Notes: a model not told the origin generated them from the sequence alone. DNA of 64,000 bases from Nemertoderma westbladi (GCA_032718475.1 JAUCBJ010006002.1:1-64000); one strand, 5' to 3'; positions 1-13,239 are shown, counted from the stretch's first letter. Numbers and translations are program-made.

Positions 1-1102
1 ACTACTGCAATTTAACATACCTGATGACTGCTGACTGATCATACATGCTGACTGCTGAAACATTGCAAACTCATAACAATCAGTGTTCAGTAGTTATTTT
101 ATACTGCTATTTACCGTCAGTTCTTCATAATATGGTTGATGAATTATTATATTTGGAATAACGATAAACAACCCCGAAACCCAATGTTCTTGATATACCG
201 AAGGTAAGAGAGAAGGGTTACAGATAAACGATTGTGACTTATGTTAAAGTGGTTTGAAGTGAATCTAATGTTATTTGATAGACCCTACATGAGTCAGCCT
301 GTGTTCCTTTTATATGTGACTAAAATCAGTGAAGATTGGCAGATTAGTGTGCAGTATTGTGCAGCATTGTGTATGAGTGAGTCTGTTAAAGAAGCAATTC
401 CTAAAGAATGCGCCATATATGTGAATTATAATTAAGCCATATCGTTGTGAGTAGTTTAAGTCATAACTCTGTTTATATAGGTAAAGCGCCACGTCCTAAA
501 GGAACTGTTAATATTCCCGAAGGTAAATAATATTGTCAGAGATTATATATTACTGTCAGTCGAATAATACATTAGGCTTACATAGCAATAAAATTAAACC
601 GTCGAACCCAATCTCCCGGGAATATCCAGCGGGTGAATGGTCGCGCACGGATTGGTTTCGACTAGTGTAGTGAATCAAATACTTGTCATAGACTAAAAAG
701 CGATTTATTATCTAGAAGACATTCTAATTTGGCGGGTTAAACTGCCAAAGGTCTGAAAGCGCGAACAGTATGTGTAGTTGAATCGCGTTGCGTGATGCCG
801 CTATGTGGCGGTGTGCTGCGTGTTAATAGTTTTACGTTCCTTTGATCAAAGCCATCTGATGTTTCTGAGGTTTAGGTCAAAGTCTGAAACTTCCACAGAA
901 GTACAGAAGAATCCTCAGTGTTCCGAGTGTTCTGGGCTTAGAACGATACACACTGACTGAATTGCGTGAGTTTCTGTATGCACTGTCCAACACAAAGTGA
1001 AAATCGCTCTGATTGGTCGAGCGAGCCGAACAAAGAACAAAGAAAAGCTCCACGTCGACATATCAGCTGATAGATGTCGTCATCTGAACTACACTGTATT
1101 AA

Positions 1103-2076
1103 CCCTATTAAACCCGGGGGGGGGGGGTCAATATGACCCCCCCCCCCCCCGTGGTTTTTTTATTATAATTCTGAAACTAACGCAGTTGGGAATCTGAAAT
1201 TTTCTGACTTTTCCTAAAAATCCATTGTCTTTTTAGTAGTGAAAACCGTTTTCAAAAATACTAGGGTACTTTTCGAGTTATAGCACCATTTTTTAACCCT
1301 ACTTTTGGCACTTTTTTGAGACGTTTTTTGAAAATTACATTTCATTAAATATGGTGGGTGCCAAATTTTGGTGCCAGCACCAAATTTTGAAATAAGTCAA
1401 TTTTGTAAATTGATTGTTTGAAACTTGTTTTTTACGCAATTGGTGTTTTTTGGGGTTCTGGATTCGATGAAATATATACGAGTTGCACCAAGCGTATCAA
1501 ACTTGTATTTTTCGGTGCTGTGTGCAAATTTTGGTGCTAGCACGAAATTTGCACACAGCACCGAAAAATACAAGTTTGATACATTAGTGCAACTCGTATA
1601 TATTTCATCGAATCCAGAACCCCAAAAAACCCCAATTGCGTAAAAGACAAGTTTCAAACAATCAATTTTCAAAATTGACATATTTCAAAATTTGGTGCTG
1701 GCACCAAAATTTGGCACCCACCGAAAAAACAAGTTTGAAATTTCCAAATCAATTTATATGAATTCCATCCAATTTCTAACATCAAAAAACCGGTGTAAAT
1801 CAAAAACAGAGATGTTACAATTCATATTTAATGAAATGTAATTTTCAAAAAACGTCTCAAAAAAAGTGCCAAAAGTAGGGTTAAAAAATGGTGCTATAAC
1901 TCGAAAAGTACCCAATATTTTTGAAAACGGTTTTCCCTACTAGGAAGGCAATAGATTTTTAGGAAAAGTCATAAAATTTCAAATTCCCAACTGCGTTTGT
2001 TTCAGAATTATAATAAAAAAACCACGGGAAGGGTCATATTGAACCCCCCCCCCCCCCCCCCCCGGGTTTAATAGGG
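1103..2076. mobile_element. piggyBac-like non-autonomous foldback element (two inverted copies of the same end)
   Basis: TTAA at 1099-1102 and 2077-2080. Termini CCCTATTAAACCCGGG / CCCGGGTTTAATAGGG. The arms are inverted copies centred on GTGCTAGCAC (1534-1543). Homologous to the elements at 58558, 60270 and 52164. Confidence 0.9.
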
Positions 2077-2429
2077 TTAAGCGGGTGTCTTCGTCTTTCT
2101 TTCTTGTATGTTAAATATATCGCTCCGTTTGGCCTGGGTGTTGTTTGCAATATACTGCATACAGTATAGTACGTTGTGGGATTTGCAGGTGAAATTTGAG
2201 TGAATTGTTTCTCTCCATTGCCTTTGGTTTGGATTGATTACAGACACGCAACATTTACACGTTTTAACACCACAGTGGTAGTTCCCGTGGTCTATTGGTT
2301 TTTCGAGTTTTTTAATTTACATTTGACCGAGATTGGGTTCGTCTCTGGATACAATTTTAAATTTAATTTCCTTCTAGTTTAGTTTCTTTTTATAAGTTTT
2401 AAATGTTTTGGTATAGGTGGGACAGATAT

Positions 2430-2676
2430 GGGGAGGGGGGGGGGGGGGGGGAACTGGACGCAATAAAAATTCAACCCTCTCCAGGGGAAATTTGACGCAA
2501 ATAACAGCTGGTTACTCTCAAAAATAAAACTGTAAACTGTTCTATTGTGTTTAGTTTATTGTTTTGGTTAAAATAACGTGCCACTGTAACCTGCTCATTT
2601 CCCTAAATTGAGAATTTAACATGGAGGTGGGTTATTAATTCGCCAAGTTGGGATTTGGGTCCAGTTTCCCCTCTGT
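2430..2676. mobile_element. Small MITE-like repeat, copy 1
   Basis: Inverted ends GGGGAACTGGAC / GTCCAGTTTCCCC. The interior is closely similar to 50025-50263. Confidence 0.65.
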
Positions 2677-3688
2677 CTCGGGTTGGAAGGGTGGGGGTGG
2701 AAGGGTGGCAAGGAATACTGTTTTGGATTGTTATTTTGTCTGGTTTGTATTTCAGTGAATCCGATATATTATTATGGCTTAATTATTTAACATTATTCTT
2801 TAACTATATTTGATTTTACTGTTGTAATTATTATTATTTATTATGTACTATATATCAAGGTAAACCCTAGGTACGTATATGGGGTGGGTACGTAGGTTCC
2901 ATAAGATTTCTCGTTTAATGGTAAATCGCACATAATATACAAAATAAGAGGATAAGTTAAAAGATCCTTGCACGGAAACGGACATGACATATTTATATAA
3001 CATTTATACTGTAGGCAATTAATTCCGTTTATTAAAACAATTACACTTGAGTTTAATGTTGTTTATGTGTTTATGTTATAGTGTTTTATGTGTAGAATTT
3101 TCCTCCCCGAGTGGGAATGCGGCTTCGGCGATGGCCTCATCAGAACCATCTCCAGATTCGAGTCGCGTGGTTGAGAAATGGGCGTGGTGGCGTCGCCATG
3201 GAGAAAGCAGCCTTTCTGTTTTTATAAAAACTTATTGCATGTAATACCATTTCAAATTGGTATGCTAAATACCGTAGATTACAATAGTATCAAATATGTT
3301 GTTTTCTATAAATTATCCACTTATGAATTAGAATGAAATGATATAAAATGAAATAATATATCTATTCATTTTGTTTGTCACATGCCTATTGGTAATGGCA
3401 GTATGGGAACTGATTTGATACTCTGGTGTTTATAACTCTTGTATATTTATTTAAACCTCCCCCGCTGCGCTCGCTCAGTACATAAATAGGCTACACATTG
3501 CTGAAAAGTACTACTTTCACACAATGATGTAAATAATTATAATTTTATAATAGTAGAAAGCGGCTCCTAATTACTACAATATAAATTATATTTGTAATGT
3601 ATTATTCACAGGTTAATATTTTTATAAAGTCGTTTACAAGAGGTAATGGAATACGCAAAGGTATCCAATCAATAAAAAAACGTCGGAT

Positions 3689-3884
3689 ATGGCTTCAGAA
3701 AATGACTCGTTGCCATGGTACAACACACCTAATGTAAAGAAGGTAATAACTGAAGATATAAAACAAACGATGAATCTATACGTCGCTCCTGGGGGGATCG
3801 TTTTAAACACTCTTATTGTTACAACATTTCTGTACAACAAACAGCTGCGGAAAAGGGCAACTACCCGAATTATGCAAATTTTAG
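3689..3884 (+). CDS. Class A (rhodopsin-like) peptide-receptor-type GPCR, coding exon 1 (N-terminus, TM1, ICL1)
   Basis: ATG at 3689 with an N-glycosylation sequon (NDS). TM1 YVAPGGIVLNTLIVTTF, then basic loop KQLRKRATT. Phase-1 donor G|GTTAGT at 3884/3885 joins exon 2 to give MQILA-GSD (TM2 LAxxD motif). Confidence 0.85.
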
Positions 3885-4329
3885 GTTAGTTTGTTTATGA
3901 TTAATAATACCAGTAATGGAAAAATATATATTAAATGTGGATTTATGTGTTCTAGATTTCCCGAAATGTTACAAAAATTGCACCTAGCCAGTCTGATAAT
4001 ATAAACGGTATGTTTGAAGACAAAAAACTGCTATCCAATAAAATCATAAGACATTCCATATCCTCAGCAATACTAGTCTCCATAATTATTATCAATTTCC
4101 ATTTCCATTATGTTTCCGACAATTTGACACAGATTGTCAAGTTATATAGTATTGTTCGAATGAATAAGTTTAAGCTACTGAAACGGGTAACCTAGAACAT
4201 TTATTTCTAGTTTTTTACATAATATAGTAATAATTCGTCGAAACCTTTCGTTTCACACCTTTCATATGTTCCTATTAGAGGTTAGAATCTGGCATGTACT
4301 GAAGATGCCAAGCCAAGATAGAGAATTTA

Positions 4330-5480
4330 TAATATTAAACTATGGATACTCCTGAGAGATAGAAATCCCATCACACAAGTGTAAACATTCTAGAACAACA
4401 CTTTGACATCCTACTTGGCACAAACGTTGATTCAAACAGTTCCGAATGTAAACCAAACAGCGTTAATCATTCTACTTATCCGAACATCAAATGTTCGGAT
4501 ATCACTCGGGATGCTACCCCTTTTCCTGGGAAGGGAAGTTGGAGTACCATATATACGCCCCTATTGAGAGTAAATTAAACAACCCTGACAACTACGGGGG
4601 TATTGCAATGCCATCCTTCCTACTTAAACTCATGTCTACAATCAACAATATAGTAAGATTCTACCTAATAGTGCACCTAATATTGAAACTACCACATGAA
4701 CTTGAACTATACGTTTTTTTCCTAACCAGTTCCAAAATACAGAGAGGATATAATATTTATGCAGTTATAGTCGACTTTAAAAAGACTTTCAACTTGGTTG
4801 GATACACAAAAATGATAATTAAACTGTACAAGTGTTGGCTCAAGGCCTTGTTAAAGACTTTTAAGATAATTTATTCAGAGTTTTAACAACCCCTGCTTCT
4901 GACAACTGTTTCTCTCCTACTTGTTTTATCCTATTCAGTGCTTAATCATATTATACTTAATCAATATACATAACATTGCCATTGCAATCCGCTTCACATT
5001 CTATGCCGACCTCAGACGATCTGGTATTATACTCTTCTTACCGAACAGACATACGTTTAACACTGGATATCTTATAACGGTAGTGATATGAAAATAAAAT
5101 GGAAGTATATTTAAAATAAGGTAATTAAATTCATGAGAGGTGGCTGCCGCACTGAAGCTAATCACTTTACTTAGAAAATCAACCTATTTCGAATACAAAG
5201 AAACTCCCACAGATATTACCAGTTCAACAATGTTACTCTACAAGCGACTCTCTTATTTACTGAACACATCAAAACCAAGAAAAATACAATATTTGGTTGG
5301 GGCAAACTGCAAGACATGGTAGCTCCGGCAATGGAAGATAACATTGATATTATCTGAATCACAGAACATCGGGTTTGCCAAGAAGACTGCCTTCAAGTAT
5401 AATGTCATTGGAAATGCATGTAACCAGCTCAACACAAAGAAATTCACCCAATGCATCAATTTGTGGAGTGGGAATTCTAC
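4330..5480 (+). mobile_element. Highly decayed LINE RT remnant, apparently related to the 34-38 kb element
   Basis: NPDNYGGIAM..LLKL and YAVIVDFKKTFNLV parallel NPDNYRGIAL..LLKI and YVAFIDFRKAFDLV of the 34-38 kb LINE. F-Y-A-D codons near 4998. Many stops; boundaries approximate. Confidence 0.7.
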
Positions 5481-5812
5481 TTAAGTGCATTTGCACTTCA
5501 ATCCCTAAACATTAAACAATATCGCATCTATAAATTTCAAGGGTCAGATTTGCAACACATGATGAGAATCCCAAGATATACCTGGCAAACTGTAAATGAG
5601 TTATATCAATGAAAAAGTTGTACCCAGGGGTGCCCAAGGCAAATAGTCCTGAAAAATATTTGAGAAATGGAAAGATCACTTCTGGTACTACTAGGATCGG
5701 CATGCTGCATTGCAGCTGCATTTTTAAGAATGATATGCCGGCTTGTCGACAAAATTGCGTCGCTACAACTCCCTATCACCCATGACATTTGAAAGATCAT
5801 CCGCATCTTCAA

Positions 5813-7521
5813 TAGGGTAGATCGAAAAAAAAAATTTTGGAAATGTAACTTTTCCTTATGTTAGAAATGTGTGAAATTGCCTAAAACCACAAAAAACATC
5901 ACTATCCCAATTTTTGACAATGCATGACCCCCGCACAATTATTAGTTCAAACAAACAAAAATTTTTACAACACTATGTAAAATTAATTCATTTAGAAAGA
6001 ATTTTTTTTTTAATATGACTTTTCCCAGTGCTAGAAGTGTCTGAAATGGCCCAAAACCACAAAAAAACATCACTATCCCAATTTATGACAATAGATGACC
6101 CCCGTACAATTAGTTCAAACAAACAACATTTTTTACAACACTATGTAAAATTAATTCATTTAGAAAGAAATTTTTTTTTTAATATGACTTTTCCCAGTGC
6201 TAGAAGTGTCTGAAATGGCCTAAAACCACAAAAAAAACACAACTTTTCAAATTTTTGACAATGCAAGACCCCTGCACGCAAAAATAGTGCAAACAAACAT
6301 CATTTTTGCTAAACTACAGTACAAAACTATGTAATTATTAACTGTTAGACTGTGGGTAGCAGTTCCTTATTTACCAACCCAAATCCACCATGGCGGGAAA
6401 TACTCTATACAGTAAATTACAACTTTTTAACCTCCAAAGACTAGGCCAACCAGAATGTTGAACTGCAAACGGAGCTGTACCTGGTAACACTTTAGAGCCG
6501 GCAACAGTACACATTACATCTACGCTTATCCATATCCACTCTGCCTGCAGTTCAACAGTTGGCCTAATCTTTGGAAGTTAAAAAGTTGTAATTTATACAG
6601 CATTTCCGGCCATGGTGGATTTGGGTTGGTAAATGAGGATCTGCTACCCACAGTCTAACAGGGGGGTAAACGTTACGCCTACACTTACACACACGCCCCC
6701 AGACGCCTACAAAAACTTACACACGCGTACACCTATATGTACCGGCCTGCTGGTAAGCCATCTGACTGTTGATTCTCAAACTGCTGATTCTAAATTAAAC
6801 TAAACTGCCTACAAGTAGGTGTAGGTGTAAGTGGAGTTTACCCCCTGACTAACAGTTAATCATTACATAGTTTTGTAGTTTTGCAAAAATGATGTTTGTT
6901 TGCACTTTGGAAAGTGGAGTTTTTTTTGCTTTTTCCTTTTTGTTTTTTATGCCATTTCAGACTCGTCTAGAATGGGAAAATTCATATTAAAAACAAATTC
7001 TGTCTAAATTATTTCATTTTACATAGTTTTGTAAAACATTGCACTAATTGTGCGCGTGCAGGGGTCACGCAGTGTAAAAATTTTTAATAGTTGTGTTTTT
7101 TTGTGTGTTTAGGTTTTTATTTCAGACACTTCTAGCACTGGGAAAAGTCATATTTAAAAAAAAAATTTCTTTCTAAATGAATTAATTTTACATAATTTTG
7201 TAAAAAAATGTTGTTTGTTGAACTAATTGTGCGGGGGTCATGTATTGTCAAAAATTGGGATAGTGATGTTTTTTTGTGGTTATGGGCCATTTCAGACACT
7301 TCTGACACTGGGAAAAGTCATATTAAAAAAAAATTTCTTTCTAAATGAATTAATTTTACATAGTTTTGTAAAAAATGTTGTTTGTTTGATCTAATTGTGC
7401 GAGGGTCATGCATTGTCAAAAATTGGGATAGTTATGTTTTTTTGTGGTTTTAGGCAATTTCACACATTTCTAACATAGGGAAAAGTTACATTTCCAAATT
7501 TTTTTTTTTCGATCTACCCTA
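5813..7521. mobile_element. hAT-like non-autonomous foldback element with long, internally repetitive arms
   Basis: Termini TAGGGTAGATCGAAAA / TTTTCGATCTACCCTA. Perfect 8-bp TSD ATCTTCAA (5805-5812 and 7522-7529). About three ~170-bp subrepeats per arm. Confidence 0.92.
6659..6847. mobile_element. Tiny MITE nested in the hAT-like element
   Basis: Termini CAGGGGG(G)TAAAC / GTTTACCCCCTG, flanked by TCTAA / ACTAA. It is absent from the mirror-image arm (about 6335-6360). Confidence 0.75.
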
Positions 7522-10500
7522 ATCTTCAAGTCCAGTGTCCTTGAAGATGCGTCTCAAGAAAGTCATCCATGCTGTCTACCATGCTTATTCTCTGCCAAAG
7601 TACCAGATTATGCACTGGCTGGTCCTCATGGCGAAAGCAATGTCCTGCAAAGCGGAGGCGATTTTGTTTTAGTGTCAAGCTTGGAGGAAGCAATGAGACA
7701 CCTCCAATGTTATATAGTTCTGGTTGGAGATGTGTGCATTGTACTTGACACAATGAACCCGGCGTAGCATTCTTGTGAATGTGCCATCCAGAGTTTTGGT
7801 GTCCTCAGCAGTTAGAGCCCAGCATGGACTCCCATAGTGGAGTACTGGAACTACTGCTGCTCTAAATAATCGGACCTTAAGTTTCCGATTAATTCTCGTT
7901 GAATTCCAAATCCTGGAAAGCATATTCAAGGCTGCCCTTGCCTTTCCCTTACGTATTCGAAGGTCCTCACCTGACTTCCGGATCCATGATCCCAGGTAAA
8001 AGAAGTCGTCCACATGCTCAAGCATCCTTTGAGCTATCCTTTGAGCTTATGCTCATCCGATCAGAGACTTGCTGATGACTTTCAAAATTAACTTTCAAAA
8101 CTTTCTGGTGTTAATAAAAAGTCCAACACTAGGAGCCGTTGGGCTCCCTTTAGTGATTCTGAGAGTACTCCTAAGTCATCAGCAATTCTAGATCAGTTAG
8201 GTACTTGGCAGGATTTCCTTGACTTCTGGAGCCAGTAGGTGGAGTTATCATCACCCCATCATCATTATGATGATCTAAGGACATGCATAGAACATAGTCA
8301 ACCACAATTATGAACAAGAATGGTGCAAGTGAATCTCCCTCGAGGACGCCCCATAACACTTCAAATGGTTCTGTGTCACCGTCAACAGTAGACATAAATG
8401 TTGTCGAACCATCATATACTGATCTGATTGCTGCAATAATTTCATCAGGAATCCCATATAATGAAAGTATGCTGAACATACGTGAGCGAGAGACTGGATC
8501 AAAGGCCTTAAAAAAGTCAACAAAGATAACAGCCAGATGCCTGTCTTTCTTTTTTAATAACTCTTAAATTATCCTTGTAGGTGCCAAAATGGGCTCCATG
8601 GTCCCACGACCTTTACGGAACCCATTCTGATTTCCACGGAGCAGTCTCTCAATGGGATCCCTGATGCGATTTAATAGAATTCTATTGTATAGCTTTACAG
8701 CAATCGAGATCAATGAGATTCTCCGAAAAGAACCATAGAGTGTTAGGTTGCCCTTATTGGGAACTGGCACCAACTTATTTGTTTTCATTTCATGTGGGAC
8801 TCTTGATGTTCGGTACATATCTATTATGATGGGATAGATGAGCTTTAAACACTCAGGTATTTTAAACACCTCAGGAGGAACACCATCTACTCTACTGGCA
8901 CGATTGTTCTTAATGCTCTTTGCAGCAGCCTTCACTTCTGCAAAGGAGATATCGCCAATGGGAATATCTGGGAGTACAGACTCAGATGCTTTTACTTCTA
9001 TAAAGTTTTCAGGCAATACCCTGTCATTATTGAGGAGCATTTCAAAGTGGGCCTTCCAACCATTGAGGCGATCGGCTGGTGATTCAGCCATAATCTTGGT
9101 GGTTGGTTGGATTTCGCCCAGTAAGCAAGTTGATCGATTTCCATGCCTGGGATGATTGCCTGCTGTCGTCAGCATCATTGATGGCAGCAACCTTTTGGTT
9201 TATAAGCTCCTGCAGATTAACAGAGTATTGCCTGTTCAGGGACCTAGATGCAGCCTTAACTGCATTCTTGGCCGCTGTAGTATGTTTGAGTCGGAACTCT
9301 TTCTTTGCCTAATTGAGGTCATTTAGGCATTTCCGAATTTTGTGGTCAGCCCAGGGGGCCTTTTTCCTGTTTCGAGGGTATACAGGAACTGTTGTTTCTG
9401 CAGCTGCTAACTTAACTGTTTCTGTAAAGGCCATATAGCTCTCGCAGTGATCTGCCCCCTCAAAGGCAAGAGCCTCAACCTGGTGCTCAGCTGTAGTGTG
9501 AAGCTGAATCTCACACTGGGCTGCGGCAACAGAGATGACCAGTCATGCCGTGGAAGGCAGATTTCGTTGTTCTGCTAGTGCGCAGTCTAAGTCTTACCTT
9601 GACCACAATAAGGCGGTGATCACTGGAGAAGGGTCGAAGTGTAAATGCATTACAGTCTTGTATAGAGCTCCTGTATTTCCTACAAAACAGAATATGGTCT
9701 ATCTGGGACTTGTGACCACTGGGTCCACTGAGTCCATAGTTTTCCAGTTCGATTCTTGAACTGGGTTCCAGCCGAAAACAATCCATTTCCAGATATAAAA
9801 TCCTGAAGATGGACGGAATTTCGGTTAACACTTTTGCTATAGATCCAGGGCGATGTAGGTGATTGATGCAGACTATCATTAAAGTCTCCCAGGAATGTTA
9901 AGAATAGATGCTGATCCACTCCATCAGTAGCTGCTTGTAGATTCTGGTAGAAATTTTCCACCTCCTCACAGGGGCAACACTAGTCACACGATCACTTCTG
10001 GTGCAACTTGCTGGGGCAGCAAAAAACATTGAGGACAGCTTTCAGATTCTTTAGATTCCCAGCAGAGTTATAGAAAACGTGAGCGCGTGCGCGTAACACA
10101 CCATCATTACTGGATATTAACAACCCGATGCTGTGGAAAAGACATTTATTTGAACTATGAGTCAACCAAAGCCTCTACCCAAGAAAAGGGCTTTCGGTAT
10201 ACCAACAAACTATCATGTTATCAGCTTTCTTGTGCTGTGGTTGCTCCCAAAATAAACAATATGTTGATTATTCTATATAGAATTACACATCATATAGAGG
10301 AAAAACTTTATGTAAGAGCCAAAATGTATGTATTTCTTCCGAATGTATTAACAATTGCACATATACTAGACTGCGGAGATAGTTTGAATTAATTAATTAA
10401 TTCAAAGTTATTTTTCTGCAGCAGTTCAGACCTTTCTGGATTTCAAGAAATCATTTGACTCAATCCATAGAGGTAAGATGCTGGAAATCCTAACAGATTA

Positions 10501-10534
10501 ATGAATTTCAGGAATAATTGTAGCAGGCATTGGA

Positions 10535-11700
10535 TTGTGGGGCGAGCCACAAAAGTAAGCGAGCTTAGCATACAGGTACCACTAACTCAATGGTGTGTCT
10601 TTGTTCTCTTATTCTCTTATTCTCTTATTCTCTTATTCTCTTATTCTCTTATTCTCTTATTCTCTTATTCTCTTATTCTCTTATTCTCTTATTCTCAAAT
10701 TCTCTTATTCTCTTATTCTCTTATTTTTCTTATTCTCTTATTATCTTTCATTTTCTCATTCAAATTTTAAACGTTAATAACTCAGCCAATTTTTAATGAA
10801 ATCTATCCAAACTTGGTATACATGTTGTTTGGCAAAAGTTTAGAAATTTTCCAGTTGAATTTGCGTGTGTGGCCTTTGAGAAAGTAAGATAAATTCAGTT
10901 AATTATTAATGATTAATTAATTAATGTTGGTTAGGGTAAAAACAGCATTTTCAACAAGACTTTTAATGGAAATATAAATAAATTTAAAGTATAAGATATA
11001 AATAATTATACTTAAAAATTATACAGCTGTAAACCCCATACCCCATTCCATTATAATTTTTAATTAGTTCAAGTTATTTGCTTTAAGAAATGTGTTTTTA
11101 ATTGATCTAAACGTAATTCAATTATCAAAATGCATCCCATCACTCTATACTTCCACCTCCATCATTCATTGTCATGCTATTGCCTAGCCTAGCTGCTGGC
11201 GCTGGGAACCAGTCCAACCACCTCAGCACTACTCGGCAATGGGTAACTACATCTATAGGACATAGGCACTGGTGTAGGGTGCCTGAATAATAAGACAGCT
11301 TGCTTATTATTAATCTCGCAAAATGATTGGGTGAGTATTTAAACGTGATTCTTAATAGAATAATTAGCTAAATAATTTCGTTGAGATGTTGACCTATAAA
11401 TTAATATTTCAGTTTCAATACTATCGGCATAAGGTAAGTTTTAATATTTCTTACAATTTGGGTCACCTCTAGGCCTAGAATTTAAAACACAAATTTTCTG
11501 TTAATACCTGCCTTTCATCAATCCTCTGTGCGCCTTTGGGTTGGGGTGGTGCAGATTAAAGGCGGAACTTTCTCCACTTCTTTGATTTATTGGCGGTTTG
11601 GTTAAATTTCGTAAATACCGATTATGTGATAGAATTGCTCAATTTTAATTTGTATCTGATAACTGAGCGTCGTGCTGCGTGAAGGCCCCACGAACGTGTT
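10535..11700 (+). mobile_element. DINE-1/HINE (Helentron-associated)-like non-autonomous element
   Basis: Starts TTGTGGGGCGAGCCAC and ends CGTGCTGCGTGAAGGCCCCACGAACGTGT, the same ends as 56470-57093. Microsatellite close to the 5' end. The class assignment is inferred from architecture. Confidence 0.55.
10604..10745. repeat. (TTATTCTC)n octamer microsatellite
   Basis: Directly visible tandem array; explains the LILLFSYS ORFs. Confidence 0.97.
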
Positions 11701-13239
11701 ATTTTGTGACACAGAAGTCTCGTCAGATGTTGAAACCAAGTTTTTATGTATATACTAAAAAATCTGAATATTCTGGTATACTGTAAGGTGACTTATAAGT
11801 AAGGTTGAATTATAATTCATAATTATTATGGATTACGCATATCACGATAGACACAATTGGTGAAGATCTTGGGTTCAAACACACAGATATCCCGCTCATA
11901 GACTTTATATATAATGTAATAGAATGGTATGATAATGCACTCCATAGCGAAAAATATCAACAAACTCTATTGGGGTTCGAACCCTAGGTTCCAAGCTTCC
12001 AGTTATCACCAGCTGGGTGTATGTCTATGGCCACTTTGATCTGACTTTGCTAGTTTACGGATGTCAAAGCCCTGTTTCTAATACACTAGCAGATGCACAA
12101 CTTATATTGAATAATGTGGAAAAGGTCAACAAGAAGGTTGGATCCAAAACAGAATAAATGACTTTTAATATTAATAATAATGGAAGCGTGGCCACCATCG
12201 TTAACTAGAACGCCATCAAGATGGCTTTAAACGAACCTGTCTTACACAGACTCCAAGAAACAGATGGGATTGGAAGATGCAAACCAAGAATGACTTGCAT
12301 CAACCAAAAAACTGCCTCCCATCTAATGTAAAACACAGTCGCCTAGGCAAACAAATCATAATCACAATTACTACGATGATGTGTGAAATGGTATCCATAT
12401 CCGCAACCTGAGAAACGGCCCAAAAGAGCAGTTTATTCTGCGGAGGGGTCTTTTCTGTATTAGATAAATAAAATAAAGAACACTATAATTACAGTATTTA
12501 TACCTGATACATTCTCAGTTAGCCTAATAAAAACATCGGAGCAACCAATATAATGTACATGTACAAGCATCCTATGAAAGTTTGTGAAATGTTCCCTTAA
12601 GTCTACCCAACAGCCGTTGGTACCCGGCTGGCAGCCACCCTGGTTCAGTTTTATGGTTTTGTTAGTTTAATCGACAGCTGTTGTAAACGTCCCAGATATA
12701 CAAAACCTACTAAGCCTTTGCATTACAATTGAGCTTAGCCTAAGTTGATGACAGTATTATAACGATGACAATTAGGCCCTATAGATACATACGATATATA
12801 AATGATGTACTGCTTGACATTACACTAACTGGCTGAATAGAGATAGAACTATAATAATACGTTTGGCATTCTGTCAGATTTACCTCATAATAATTGCTAA
12901 ATATCAATCACCTGAAAAACATTTCAAGCAAGGGAGTTGTGTGTATTTAATTTCGCGTTCAATAATGTTGAAAATATGCAAATATTTCGAATATCGCACT
13001 TCGAATCGTTCCCAACTTTTTTATTCAACAACTAGACAACAATTGATAAATACTTGCGTTTACAATTTTACAATGCATGCAAGTGGTTTCAAGCCATTTG
13101 GTGAACATACATAGTGAGTGATATATATAGGTAAATATATCCATCGTGTTTTTGCCGGCCTCAGCTTTAGACAAAAACTACCCAGTCTAAAGACAGGTTC
13201 GTTATAATCAAATAATTAATCTTGATGAATTACAGCAGC

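Larger units (their letters stand above)
5700..9967 (-). mobile_element. RTE-clade LINE (APE + RT), frameshifted, interrupted near its 3' end by a hAT-like element
   Basis: APE motifs FLGDFN, QIDHIL, SDHR. RT motifs QNGFRKGRG, GVLEGDSLAPFLF, FFYLGS. C-terminal RLRFAGHC. The frame ...KDTGLE-DADDL... continues across the 5813-7521 insertion. Confidence 0.92.

Noticed and set aside
1-1090. Possible 5' part of an old CR1-like LINE on the minus strand
   Set aside because: Only vague Cys-rich and APE-like traces; too degenerate to support.
1397-1681. ORFs on both strands here and at 51292, 59147-59661 and 61081-61375 as a possible transposase
   Set aside because: They derive from palindromic non-coding subrepeats and have no DDD/E transposase motifs.
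3100-3185. Possible hammerhead ribozyme on the minus strand (CTGATGA-GGC CATC GCC-GAAG)
   Set aside because: Stems I and II can be drawn, but GAAA is GAAG and no stem III pairing could be formed.
10501-10796. Hydrophobic LILLFSYS-repeat membrane protein ORFs
   Set aside because: They are translations of the (TTATTCTC)n microsatellite.
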